A DNA stretch of 64,000 bases from assembly GCA_051294375.1 (NCBI GenBank), contig CM119263.1, forward strand, positions 31,355,476-31,419,475, given 5' to 3'. Below the pieces are notes generated by a model. The model had not been told where the DNA came from and searched no databases. It was given only the letters and a program-made list of their open reading frames with translations. This DNA comes from Paraspadella gotoi (Eukaryota > Animalia > Chaetognatha). Position 1 is the first letter of the stretch, and each line of letters opens with the position of its first letter. The translations under genes and the position numbers were made by a program. Below are positions 1-11,416 of this stretch, piece after piece.

Positions 1-869
1 GAAACGTTTTTCTTCTTTTTTTCCATATTTTTTTTGACACGCTAATGTTCTCTGATTACGCAAAATCATGAAAAAAATAAAAATTAATAGTACCAATATT
101 TAGTGTTATGTCTCGAATGGATGGAAAAAAACCTCGTTAAAAATTCGATCGGGAAGTGGGGGTAACTAAGGCTTACCAATGGCATCCTCCACGCCATTCG
201 TCTCTCAAATAAATTTTTTTTATTAATCATTTGAAAGGAAAAAAAGAAAATTCAGAATGCAGGTTGCAGAAAGGGTACAGATAATCTGGACATACTGACA
301 TGATAATCATGACCTTTTCTGACAAATTTAAAAATTTATGGAGGAATCTAATATATGTATTTTTTGAAAAATTAGGAAAAAAAACCTTTTGACAATAGGA
401 GAAATAAAGATAGTTGATCACAATGTTGGGTTTCTGCACGTTTGATTGCACGATTAATTTAATGTTTTAGAAAGTTGATGATTGATAATTTTTGCTAGTT
501 TATTGCAGAGTTTTTATTACTGTTTTTATTGAACGCTTTTTCATATTAATAATATTATGCCTTTGCATCGTTCCTTTTTATAAAATGTTTATATTTTAGA
601 AATTCTTAAATGACACTAGTCATAAATAATTGGTTTTTATTACGGCACGAATTCTGTTGGCGAAATTCCGTGGTTAAGATTTGGTGAAGAGCAAATTACT
701 ACGACGTTGAAATTAAGAGTGAAGCCTTCGCCATTCGTTACCCGAAACCCACAGATTTGGCTTTTTTGATTTGTCCTCCTTTGCATCCTTTTGTTTCTTT
801 CTCTTATTCAGTCACGTGGCATATTTCTTTGCCAAAAAATAACTTTGGATCATTCATGTTTCTTACAAA

Positions 870-3520
870 ATGAACTTGTGCATCCCCTACTTTGAAGAAT
901 ATCCACTCAAGGAAAGTATGCTCGCTGGACCCATGGCCGCTATGCATATTCCAGCTTCTTTGGCGGTGGTGGACGTTTATGATTGCGCCTCTTTGATCGG
1001 GAAAGAGTTTGAACGACTCATCGAACAATATGGCGCTGAAAGGTGATTGGGTTTTAAACGAATATAAATATGGTTTGTTTTGATTGTGAAAGAAAATGAA
1101 ATTGTTAGCACAAAGAGCAATTCGCGATTATATTAATCAAAAATCGTCAACATTGTCCCACAGTTCTAGACTAAGATCTTTAAACGTACATTGCACAACG
1201 GATGATTCTCATTAAATTGCTATTATTATGATTTAGCATCACGACTCTCATGCCTATGATCATTCGGGTGTTGGAGCATTTGGAACTTTTTGCCGCGAAA
1301 GCAGAAAAAGAAAATGAAGAAGTTGAGGAATTAAAATTCGAAATCACGAGATTGAGATCAAAAGAAGAAGAAAAAGCGTCGGAAAAGCAAAGATTAGATA
1401 AGGTAAACCTTTTATAGAAGACTCCAAACAAGTGTCAAGTTACTATTATTATTATTACTATAAAATCTAGGAGCTGGAAATCATAGAAGAGCAGTGGAAA
1501 TCAGAAAGTCAAGACCTATTGAAAATGGTTTCTACCTTAACAGAAGAAAATTCCAAATTAAAAAATCGCCTTGCTGAGGAAATTGATGGACAAGATGCAC
1601 TAGGTATTGTAGATCTTAAAAAAGCTTTAATTTTTGTTTAATGATATTTTGTTTAATGAAATCTTATCAATTTGCATATTTTTAGTGACTCAATTTTATA
1701 AGAATCAACGTTATTTACATAAAGGTGGGAGTTTCGTGACGAATTTTTAAAAAAACAATTTCGTCATTTTCCATTTAAAATTGTTTCGAATTATTTCGGT
1801 GATCAATGTAGTTAATCACGATTAATTTGAAGAAAAAAAGTAAGAACATGTAAAATACTAGAAAAACGTATTTTTCAAAAAAATTTAAATAATCGCGTCG
1901 GAAATCGTTTTTTTCCGTAGCGTACATGCATCTTATAAATCACATTTGACTGGAAATCGGTATAAATAAATTAATCAAATTAATATTATTAAGAAATTTC
2001 AACATTTCTAAATTGTAATGTTCTAAAACTTGACGCTTTATCTTTGTTAAAAGCGTCTGAACAAGAAGCCAACATGATGGAGAAAATGAAATCCACAATT
2101 GAAAAACATCGAATGCAATTGAAGGCAGCGGAAAAAGAACAAGCGCAGAAAACGAAAGAAGTCGAAGCAGTTGAGTCAAATGTGTTTGAAAAATCCTATT
2201 TAATAAACATGTATAACTTTTGAGATGTTGAATTCAGCTTCAGGCTCAGATGGAAAGACTGACAAAAGTCAACGCGGATCTTCGAAGAAAGTCGAATCTG
2301 AACAATCGCAACTGCCACAAATTGATGGAAGACAAAGCTGAACTGGAGGCGAGATTGAGAGATATGGAGCAGCAGGTCACTTTTATTATTCTCTCTCTCT
2401 CTCCCCCCCCGTCTTTCAACTCGCCGTATGATTTTATTGTACTTCAATTTTGGCAATAATGTCATGAAAATATTACTTAGCAATGATTCATAAATTTTAA
2501 TTCGTATCAAAATTAATAATTTTAGGTGACCATCAGTCAAGATAAACTTTCGCGCGAAGGATCCAGTTTTCAAGAGTCCGAATTTTCTGCCAATAATATT
2601 GTAAGAAAAACCATATCGCGTTATTACTAATATTAATACTATTTTTAATAGAAATTTATTTTAGTATCGATCGTTTTTGAAACTGTTTTCCTTTTTAGGG
2701 ATTGGATCTGACCAATAAACTCATCATTGATTTAAAAGATCCAAATCGACCCAGATTCACTTTGACCGAATTGCGTGAAGTTCTTTTTGAAAGAAACGAA
2801 TTGAAAACTAAACTTTTAGAAGTGGAAGAAGAATTGTCACGATACAAACCACCGTGAGTATATCATTTTTAAAAAAAGACTTACATTTTTATTATTTTAT
2901 TAATAATTCCATTTTTGAATAACAAAAAAAGTTGATTTTTAAAAATCCTTTTACTTCGGAAACATGTAAGCCAGATGCGCTTTTATCATGAAACAAAAAT
3001 ATCAGGATCATATGGTCATAACGTTAAATTTTTTTCTTTCAGCTCATTCTTGGACAGTGACAGCGACGACGACGCCCCTGTTCAAGGTCCGTTACCAAAA
3101 GAACCGGATGAAAAATTGAATCCTTTGGATAAAAAAGAAGAATCTGTCATCCGCAAATTGTAAGGAAAATTTGGGAATATAAGTTCAAATAAGAAAAAGA
3201 TTTTTAAGTTATTAAGAAACCAGATTATCACCTAACAAAAAGAGCAATTTAACCAATGTCAAATGGCGTCGCGTGTTAGAGAACCATAATGCTGCATTTG
3301 GGGTTTAGTCCCGAGGGTCCTACCTTTCGGGAGTAAAGCGTTTCAGTGCTTGTTACACATTGGTAGGGGGGGTGTTCTTAACGTCCACTGATGATTCAAA
3401 GGCAATCCCGTCCTTGCTGAATTATATGAAAAGGTTATTTACAATATACTTTATTTTTATTTCAGATTTACATTTTTGAAAAAACGTCATAACATTAAAG
3501 AACTGAATGACGACTTCTAA
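870..3520 (+). CDS. RILP-like protein (RILPL1/2 family), multi-exon
   Basis: Spliced exons give RH1-type VVDVYDCASLIGKEFERLIEQYGAE..ITTLMPMIIRVLEHLE and RH2 DLKDPNRPRFTLTELREVLFERNELK..VQGPLPKEPDEKL; GT-AG introns; start ATG uncertain (870 or a downstream ATG). Confidence 0.85.
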
Positions 3521-4771
3521 CAACTGAAGAAATTTTGATTAGTTGGTTCCATTTTAGATTTCCCTGAGAACTATTAGAATAATTTATGCCATTTGTTATG
3601 AATCTCTTGTTCACTTGTCACGACTGTTATGTTGAATATTTTATGACCTATTTCATGCCATGTTTATCAATTTGTAATTTATTCTGTAATTATTTTGGTG
3701 AAAAAATGAAACGGAGAATACTTGCCTCTTTTTTTGATTTAAAATTTGTGGGCTGCCTGTATGATCACTTTGTAAAATGAAATCAATATTTCTCTCTTGA
3801 GACGGTATATTTCTGATGTGACAAAGTTTATTATAATCCAATAACCAAGTTAAAAGTTGCACTCAAGTTTTTGTGCTGTTTCACCAATTATAGATTTTAT
3901 GATACAATGAAGTGTTATGGTCAATTGCAAGCCCCTAAAGAATTTTTGGGATATTATGATTTATTTTAATGTACGCACAATTTGCTTATATCCCCAGCTC
4001 TGGCGAAATAATTTCTCTTTCTCTCAATTTTTCATTCAGATTGAATTTTTTTCGATCTGTTTTTACTCAATGCCAATGGATGTGGCTAATGATATTAATG
4101 TCTATTATAGATGTTATCTTTTTTCACTGATTTAGTTAATTTAAAGAGTAAAAGTAAATTAATTATCCATTTATTGTGAAAAATCCCAATGATTATTTTT
4201 AATAAAAAAGAGAGAGCTTGACTCGTGGGAAATTATAACAAACTGAGTCGAGCAACTTTCACTGATGAGTTTCGGTCTCAAGCCGTATAATAATGAATAT
4301 ATTGTATTATATTTATTATATTATATCATAATGAATAATTATGAGAGGAAGAAGATTTAACAATCATAGCGCTGGTCGCTTTGACTAATTTCATTCCTAG
4401 ATCTTTTTGCTTGCGGATTCTCTTACTATGAAAGCGCACCTCTAATCGATCAGTACGTATTTGTATCTTCCTAGCCGATCATAACAGGGTGCTCACTAAA
4501 AAGTAAAATGTTTAATTTGTAATATTCCACATACAACTTCTTCACTGAAACCTATCGAGGCCAAGCTTTACTCTTTAATTAAATATAGTAATTTATTTTA
4601 TATTTTTTGATCAAAATGTCTTAAGCTTTTTTCTCAGTGATAAGCCAGAATGGCCAAACTCATTCAAAACTCGAGATATCACAAAATAAACAACGAACAA
4701 TCTCCTCAACGGTTAAAAATTATCTCACTTGCTTTCAACTATGACCGTTTTTTGTCCTGACACCGTTCAAA

Positions 4772-7700
4772 ATGTCACAGGACGAAGATGTCAAAACCGT
4801 TAGCGCCTTTTGTCGGATCGATGACTCGAGCCACGCCCCCTTGAGCACTGGTCAACCCTCCTTCGCCAAACCATCTCGCATTCTCTCCTCCCTCTCTTCC
4901 TCCTCCTCTTCCTCCTCCTCCTACTATCACCCTCGATTCACTTCCTCCTCCAACAACGGTCGATCCTTCATCGCCTCCGCCGCCACCAACGTCTCCCTCA
5001 ACGGACGCTACGAGATCGAGGGCGCGCCTTTGGAAGAGGGCGTAACGGCGGTCGTCGTACGCGCTCGCGACCTCTTCCGATCGCGACGTCGCGTCTGCGT
5101 CAAGATCCTCCACGCGGAATTCTCCGTCGTCGGTCGTCAGGAGGCGGAGACGCTGCGGCGCCTGACGCGGACTGATCCAAACGACTGGGCGAATCTGCTG
5201 AGATTTCGTGACGGGTGAGGAAAGAAGGAGAGAGGAAGTCAACCTAGGGACTGATAATTGATAACTGCCTTGATAATTTATAACTGCTTGATATAGTGTC
5301 TTTATAATCGTTATGGAATACTTAAGCCAAAACGTGTGCTAGATTGGTCGTAGTGGGCCAAGTCGACTCTTCTACCTCACCTGATTAATGGATAAAAAAT
5401 CCTTGAGAATAACACATAAGAGTCAGCTGGAAAGTATTATTAAGAAGTTATGATAATTAGATAATTAAATACTTGTCAGCTAATATAACCATAAATAAAA
5501 TATTATGGGAACGGGAGGATAGCCTGTGATACCCGGGGCGCGGGGTATTCTCACCAACTGGCGTAGGGGCTGCGGACCCTCAGTGACCGCCTCCTGTCAC
5601 TGGCCATGTTTATACCGGCACCCGTCACATTTAAGCCAAAACCGGGATACCCAGGGATTGAAACCGGGACGCACGGATGGAATGAGATGATTTAGCCTGC
5701 TCAGCCATTGAGACGAGGCTGAGGACGGACAGCAGTGAGGCAGCTTTAAGTCTTGCTGCCACAGGATCCCCCCACCAGACTTCTCCACAGGGGCCTCAAT
5801 CCTGAGGAGATGTCTGAGAGAAGGTTTTGATCTCATTGCCATAGTGAGAGCGCAGCGGGCGATGCGATGCGAGCGAGTCTGGAGCGTTACCAGAGAAGTA
5901 GGGCATAGGCGTGATATGCATACCCTAAGCGACGTAAGCGTGTGGCGCACGGTGCGCAGCGGTTGCTGTTCGAGAGTAGGGCTCACCACTTATGGCAACA
6001 GCCGCGGTTGGCTGTGATGCCCATTGGGATGGGGCATCTCACTGTTGGCTTTGGGGGCTTCCGACCCTCAGTGACGCCTCCAGTCACTGGCGCGGTTACC
6101 CTAGGACGGTCTCGCTTTGCCAACGCAGAGGGAAGTCGTTAGGACTGTGGTTGGAACACTACGCTTGGGATGGTGTGTTCCCCCTCTGAGCAATGGATTT
6201 GGCTGAAGGATGACGGATGTGAGGTGGTGTGAATATACCGCCACAGGATCCCGGGCCAAGACATCACTCAGGTTCCTCAAGCCTGAGAGGTGTCTGACAA
6301 GACTGTTACCATAGTGGGAGAGAGAGAGAGAGAGCGCGAGTTGTGGGGGCATAGGCGTTTTTTGTTGTAGCGTACCCCAGGGGCATAGGCGTTTGTCGTA
6401 GCGTACCCGAAGTCGGCAGGGCATAGGCGTTTGTCGTAGCGTACCCTGAGAAGGTTGCGTGTTCGATAGTAGGGCTCACCACTTATGGCAACAGCCGGTT
6501 GCCTGTGATGCCCATTGGGATGGGGCATCTCACTGTTGGCTTTGGGGGCTTCCGACCCTCAGTGACGCCTCCAGTCACTGGCGCGTTACCCTAGGACGGT
6601 CTCGCTTTGCCAACGCAGAGGGAAGTCGTTAGGACTGTGGTTGGAACACTACGCTTGGGATGGTGTGTTCCCCCTCTGAGCCAATGGATGGCTGAAGGAT
6701 GACGGATGTGAGGTGGTGTGAATATACCGCCACAATATAATTTATTTGCCCGCGGAAAACAATATTAAACCTCCATAGTGATAGCTTAGAAATTTATCAA
6801 AACTTGATTTAATCACAACAATATGCTAAAAAGATCCGTAAATGACTTTGCTACAGATATTTTTTGGGAGAACCTTGTCCGATCCTTTCAGGCTTGAAGG
6901 CATAAAAACATTCTTTCCTCTTCACCAGATTTTCCTTCGGTCCCCACTTCTGCCTCGTCACCGACTTAATCGACTCTTCCTTTCCCGCCGTCGACTTCCG
7001 GCGCCGTCTCGCACCCCTCACCGACGCCGCCTCTTTCCTCCATCTTCTTCGAGGCGTTGCCTTTCATCTTCTTGTCACTCTCGGGTTTTTTCGATGGACA
7101 AATTTTATTCACGCCGATGTCAAACCCGAGAATATTTTGATTGCTGTTGATGGAGATAGAATGAGGGAGAGGTTTGGTGATGGAGCCGATGCTGTCATAG
7201 ATACGGGGTTAAGCAGGGTCGATGCTGAAAATCAATCTGAAAGTGGGAGTAAAGAAACCAATAATAAAATAGAATTATCCAACACCAATGCCAAAGAAAA
7301 TTCAACGTCAGCCAAACCCGAATTCATGACAATACCTCTTGCCAACCATTCTCCTCCTCCCTTCCTCCTTCATCCTCCTCTTTCCCTCCCTCGTCTCCTC
7401 TCTGCCAAACTCATCGACTATGGGAATTCCTTCTCCGACTCTTTCCAAGATCTATCCTCATTCCATGACGACTTCCAACTCCAGTCTCTTCTCTATCGCG
7501 CACCGGAAATCTTCTTTGGCGTTGCCGGTTTCGACGCCGCCATTGATGTGTGGAGTCTCGGCGCCGTTCTCGCCGAACTCTTTGTGGGGCGCCCTCTGTT
7601 TGAGGGGTCGACGCCGCGGGAAGTCGTCGGCTCAATCGTCGAAAGACTTGGGCCGCTGCCGAGGGAGTTTTATCGAAAGGTATAGTTGGGAAGTTTAGTT

Positions 7701-8710
7701 GGTTTGTCCAAAGGTTTAATGGTTTCAAATATAAATATAAGTGTTAATGATTAGTTCAAATTATAAAACTTTTTGGATTTAGAAATTAGGATTAATTAAT
7801 GAGGGAAAAACTTGCGAATAGTTTTATTAAACAATTCTCACTAATCGTAATTGCTTTTCCCAACATTTTCCAGGGAAAGTACTTTTCCGACTTCTCCGAT
7901 CTAACCGGAAGGGCGCGGAGTCGAGGCGATATCGTCGAGTCACTTAGCAACGCGATGGAGACGCGAGACGTCGCCTTCGTCGATTTTGTGGCGCGATGTC
8001 TAGAGATAACGCCGTCGCGACGAATGACGCCCGCGGAGGCGGCGCGCCACGCCTTTTTGGCGCCCATCTGTCCCGTGGGGTTTTTGACAGAGCCGCGTTT
8101 TGATTCTAGGCGGGAGAGAGTGCCTTACGAGGACGCCGGAATCTTAGGAAACTACGAACACAAGATGGCGCGAGGGTCGGCCGGAGGTGCAGGGGCGGAC
8201 CCAACCTTCGTGAGGGCCTTTCCCGGGGAGACGGTCCCCTTGGGATCAGATAAAGTTTTGACGGGCGCATTGAATTCGGGAACGGCGACTCTCTCTGCAA
8301 AAGGTTCGAGGGTAAAACTGATTGAATTGAACCACACCGCTGAAGACGATGCGAACGTCGAAGCCGATGCTTCATCTCCCGAGTCTTTCGCCGACGATAA
8401 TTTGATTTTTTCGAGACGATCAAATTCGAGGCTCGACTCTGCCTTTCGACGCCTGCCTGACTTGCCCGCTGACGATATGCCCACCATTCGCCGCATGCCT
8501 GACTCTCCCGCTGACGGTATGCCCACCTTGCCCGCCGATCGTCGGCCCGCCTCGACGAGCCAATTGATGGCGATGCTCGAGTCTGAAGAAAGGCGTCTCG
8601 ACGACGCGGAGAAAAACCAAAACTCGTTGAAGAGAAAAGCGAAAAATTTGAGTCGGATTTGCGAGGAGGCAAAGAGTGGGAGATCGCCAAGGAAAGAGGA
8701 TGCTTACTGA
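4772..8710 (+). CDS. CMGC Ser/Thr kinase, DYRK/HIPK-like, 3 exons (4772-5214, 6930-7679, ~7874-8710)
   Basis: VCVKIL, HADVKPENIL, KLIDYG, LQSLLYRAPE, DVWSLG and RMTPAEAARHAFL motifs; Gly-rich loop degenerate. Confidence 0.85.
5558..5639 (-). ncRNA. Candidate type-P5 twister ribozyme (LTR-A)
   Basis: Minus strand: P5 UUGGC / P2' AUGU / GA-CGG / P1 / UAA / P2 ACAU / GCC / P3 AGUGAC:GUCACU / P4 / L4 UCCGCAGC / P5' GCCAG; predicted cut between 5612 and 5611. Confidence 0.8.
6044..6124 (-). ncRNA. Candidate type-P5 twister ribozyme (LTR-B)
   Basis: GUUGGC..GCGA GA CCG UCCUAGGG UAA CCGC GCC AGUGAC..GUCACU GAGGG UCGGAAGC CCCC AAA GCCAAC; T1 CGG:CCG covaries with LTR-A CCG:CGG; predicted cut 6098/6097. 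Confidence 0.8.
6535..6614 (-). ncRNA. Candidate type-P5 twister ribozyme (LTR-C)
   Basis: Near-identical to the LTR-B copy, with one C missing in P2 (possible indel error); predicted cut 6588/6587. Confidence 0.75.
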
Positions 8711-8845
8711 ATCTCTCTCTCTCTCTCTCGCCGCGCAGTGAAACTACATCTTATTGTTTTTTATAACTTGTTATAAATGTCTTTCGTGATTTGGTTATTT
8801 TTGCTACATTCCTCTTATTGTTTCCGTTAATTGTTTCGCAAGACA

Positions 8846-9820
8846 ATGCCTCTCGCCAACACTGGCCGTTTGGCCGGAAAGACTCTCTTCATAACGGGGG
8901 CCTCTCGAGGCATCGGCAAAGCCATCGCGTTGAAGGCGGCCAAAGATGGAGCCAACGTCGTCGTCGCCGCTAAGACGGATGTGCCTCACCCCAAACTCCC
9001 GGGTGAGTTTAAGGGATTTGGTTTGAAACTTTTTAAATCTCTTCTTTTTGGTTTTTTTATGATTTTTTTCATTTTCTCTAGGAGTTAATTCTTAAACATC
9101 GTGGTTAAAAAGTAACGATATTAAAATTCAGATGTAGCGTAATTAAAAACTTTAACCCCACAATATGCAAATGAGATTAAGTGGATCCTAATAAACTACA
9201 AATTCTTTCCCCATCTCCTCAAGGCACCATCTACACCGCGGCCGAGGAGATCGAGAAAGCTGGCGGCTCTGCGTTGCCCTGCATCGTCGACGTCCGCAGC
9301 GAGGCGTCCGTGGCCGCCGCCGTCGACAGCGCCGTCGCCAAATTCGGCGGAGTCGATGTTCTCGTCAACAACGCGTCGGCGATCGCGTTGATCGGGACGC
9401 TCGATCTCGAGATGAAGAGGTGAGGACAAGACTGGAGTGGTCGAGACGAGACGAGAAAAGACTTCACTGGATCGGAATGGATGAGACTTGTCAAGACTAG
9501 ATAACATTGGAATTAACAATACGAGACTTAACTGGAGTTGACAAAAAGAGATTAGATTCGATTGGAATTGATGAGGGAAGCCTTTGTTTCGTTTGCTCTT
9601 CTGTTTCCTTTCCATTCTCAGCTGACCTAGTTTTACGCATGCGCGCCTCTACATTTTTAAAACTCCTCCTCCTCCTAGGTACGACCTCATGAACGAGATC
9701 AACGCTCGCGGAACTTTCCTCTGCTCTAAACTATGCCTACCTCACCTCCTCAAATCCTCCTCTCCTCACATCCTCAACCTCTCGCCTCCGCTCAGCATGA
9801 GGCCCCATTGGTTCAAGAAC

Positions 9821-9853
<33 letters not shown>

Positions 9854-10954
9854 TCCATGTGTGTGTTAGGCATGGCCGAGGAGTTCAAGGAACAGGTACG
9901 TTTTTTACACACTTAATTTAACTAAACAAATTCTAAAACAACCCCAGTTTTATTTTTTTTAATGTATTTATTTTCGCGAAATGATGAAGTTTTACCTTTG
10001 TGAGATGAACGCTGAGCCAAACGATTAGTCTTTCTGATGTATTCTTCTTTTATTCTCTTTTTCTTTAAACTGAAGAGTGAAGACCATTTATGCCTTTTTC
10101 TCCGACAACCCATTTCCACAGGGCGTGGCCGTTAACGCCCTCTGGCCCAAAACGGCCATCATCACCGCTGCGATGGAGATGTTGGGCGGAAAGGACATCG
10201 CCAAGGATTGCCGGACGCCGGATATCGTCGCCGACGCAGCTTATGTCATTTTAAGGTACATGAAAAATATATATATGACCAAAATTTGTTTTTATTATTA
10301 AACTTTTTCTTTTTTTTTTCTTCTTAAAGTCGTAATCCCAAGTCGTACTCTGGCAACTTCACCATCGACGAGGGAATTTTAAGAGAAGAAGGAATCAAGG
10401 ATTTCACCGAATATTCCGTCGACCCTAAAGTGACTCCGATGAACGACTTTTTTATCGACGAAGACGTCATCGCTGCTGCGGAGGGAAGGTCGGTCGGCGG
10501 CGCTGCGGCGGCGAGGTCCCTCTCTGATGCAGCGCCCGCTAGCCGAAGCGGCGGCGGCGGCGGCGGCGGCGGCGCTGCGTCGAAGCCCCCCGCTGATGCT
10601 CCCAGCGGAGGCGAAGTTCAGCCCATCTTCGCCGCCATTAAGGAACTTCTCAGTCCCGACGTCGTCAAACGCATCGGCGGGCTCTACGTCTTCCATCTGA
10701 GCGGCAAAGAACCCGGAACTTGGTACTTGGACCTCAAGAACGGTTCCGGCGCAGCGGGACCCGGCGACGCCGCCGCCGACGCCAAGCCCGACGTCGTCAT
10801 GAGTCTCACCAGCGAGAATTTCGCCAAGATGTTCTCGGGGAAGTTGAAGCCTTCGACGGCCTTCATGATGGGCAAGTTGAAGATCAAGGGAGACATGACG
10901 ATGGCCATCAAACTGGAGAAACTCATGAAGCAGATGAATGAGGAGAACAAATAA
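8846..10954 (+). CDS. HSDL2: Hydroxysteroid dehydrogenase-like 2 (SDR + C-terminal SCP2), 5 exons
   Basis: MPLANTGRLAGKTLFITGASRGIGKAIALKAAKDGAN, HVAYTMAKYGMS, NALWPKTAI; SCP2 FSGKLKPSTAFMMGKLKIKGDM. Confidence 0.95.
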
Positions 10955-11416
10955 ATGGGAGAAGGGGTTGGGAGGGAGGGTCGTCAACTGTGATGATTTT
11001 TAGGACGGAGAGGTATTGTTCCGTTGAGGCATTTCACACTATTTCTTGTTTGTTTTTATGGATTCCGGATTTTTTCGTTTTGAAAAATGGATGGAATTAA
11101 AATGCTATCAATGCAATTGATTTTTATTTTTTAGAAATGAGGTGCAGCTTTTCGAGGCCCATGATTAAAAAAAAATCGGGACTCGTTGGGTGATTTTCTA
11201 TTTTTAATCATAAGTTGAGTCGCTCATAATTTTGCACACCTGGTCTTTAAACACATTTATTATACTTTTCGTTGTTTGTTACACTCATCGAGTCGTTGTG
11301 TATTCCGTCTCTGAACGATGAGTATCTTGTATTTCGAAAACTTTTTTTCAGAGAATAATTGATAGCTTCTCCGCCAAAATATTAGACTTTTGCTAAACAT
11401 ATTTATTTAATAAACA

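Larger units (their letters stand above)
5504..6734 (-). mobile_element. TRIM-like non-coding LTR element family 1, tandem LTR-int-LTR-int-LTR (LTRs 5504-5763, 5991-6245, 6484-6734), in kinase intron 1
   Basis: ATAT on both flanks (5500-5503, 6735-6738); minus-strand LTRs TGTGGC...CCATA; PBS TGGTGAGCCCTAC 2 nt after LTR (5976-5988, 6469-6481); purine tract GGTGGGGGGATCC before the last LTR. Confidence 0.85.

Noticed and set aside
3262-3420. GC-richer intronic island with hairpin TCCCGAGGG/CTTTCGGGA (snoRNA or ribozyme?)
   Set aside because: C/D-like boxes too close, no twister or hammerhead layout, single copy here; probably a repeat fragment
4240-4300. CTGATGAG as a possible hammerhead core
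   Set aside because: No stem II followed by GAAA, and no stems I/III found
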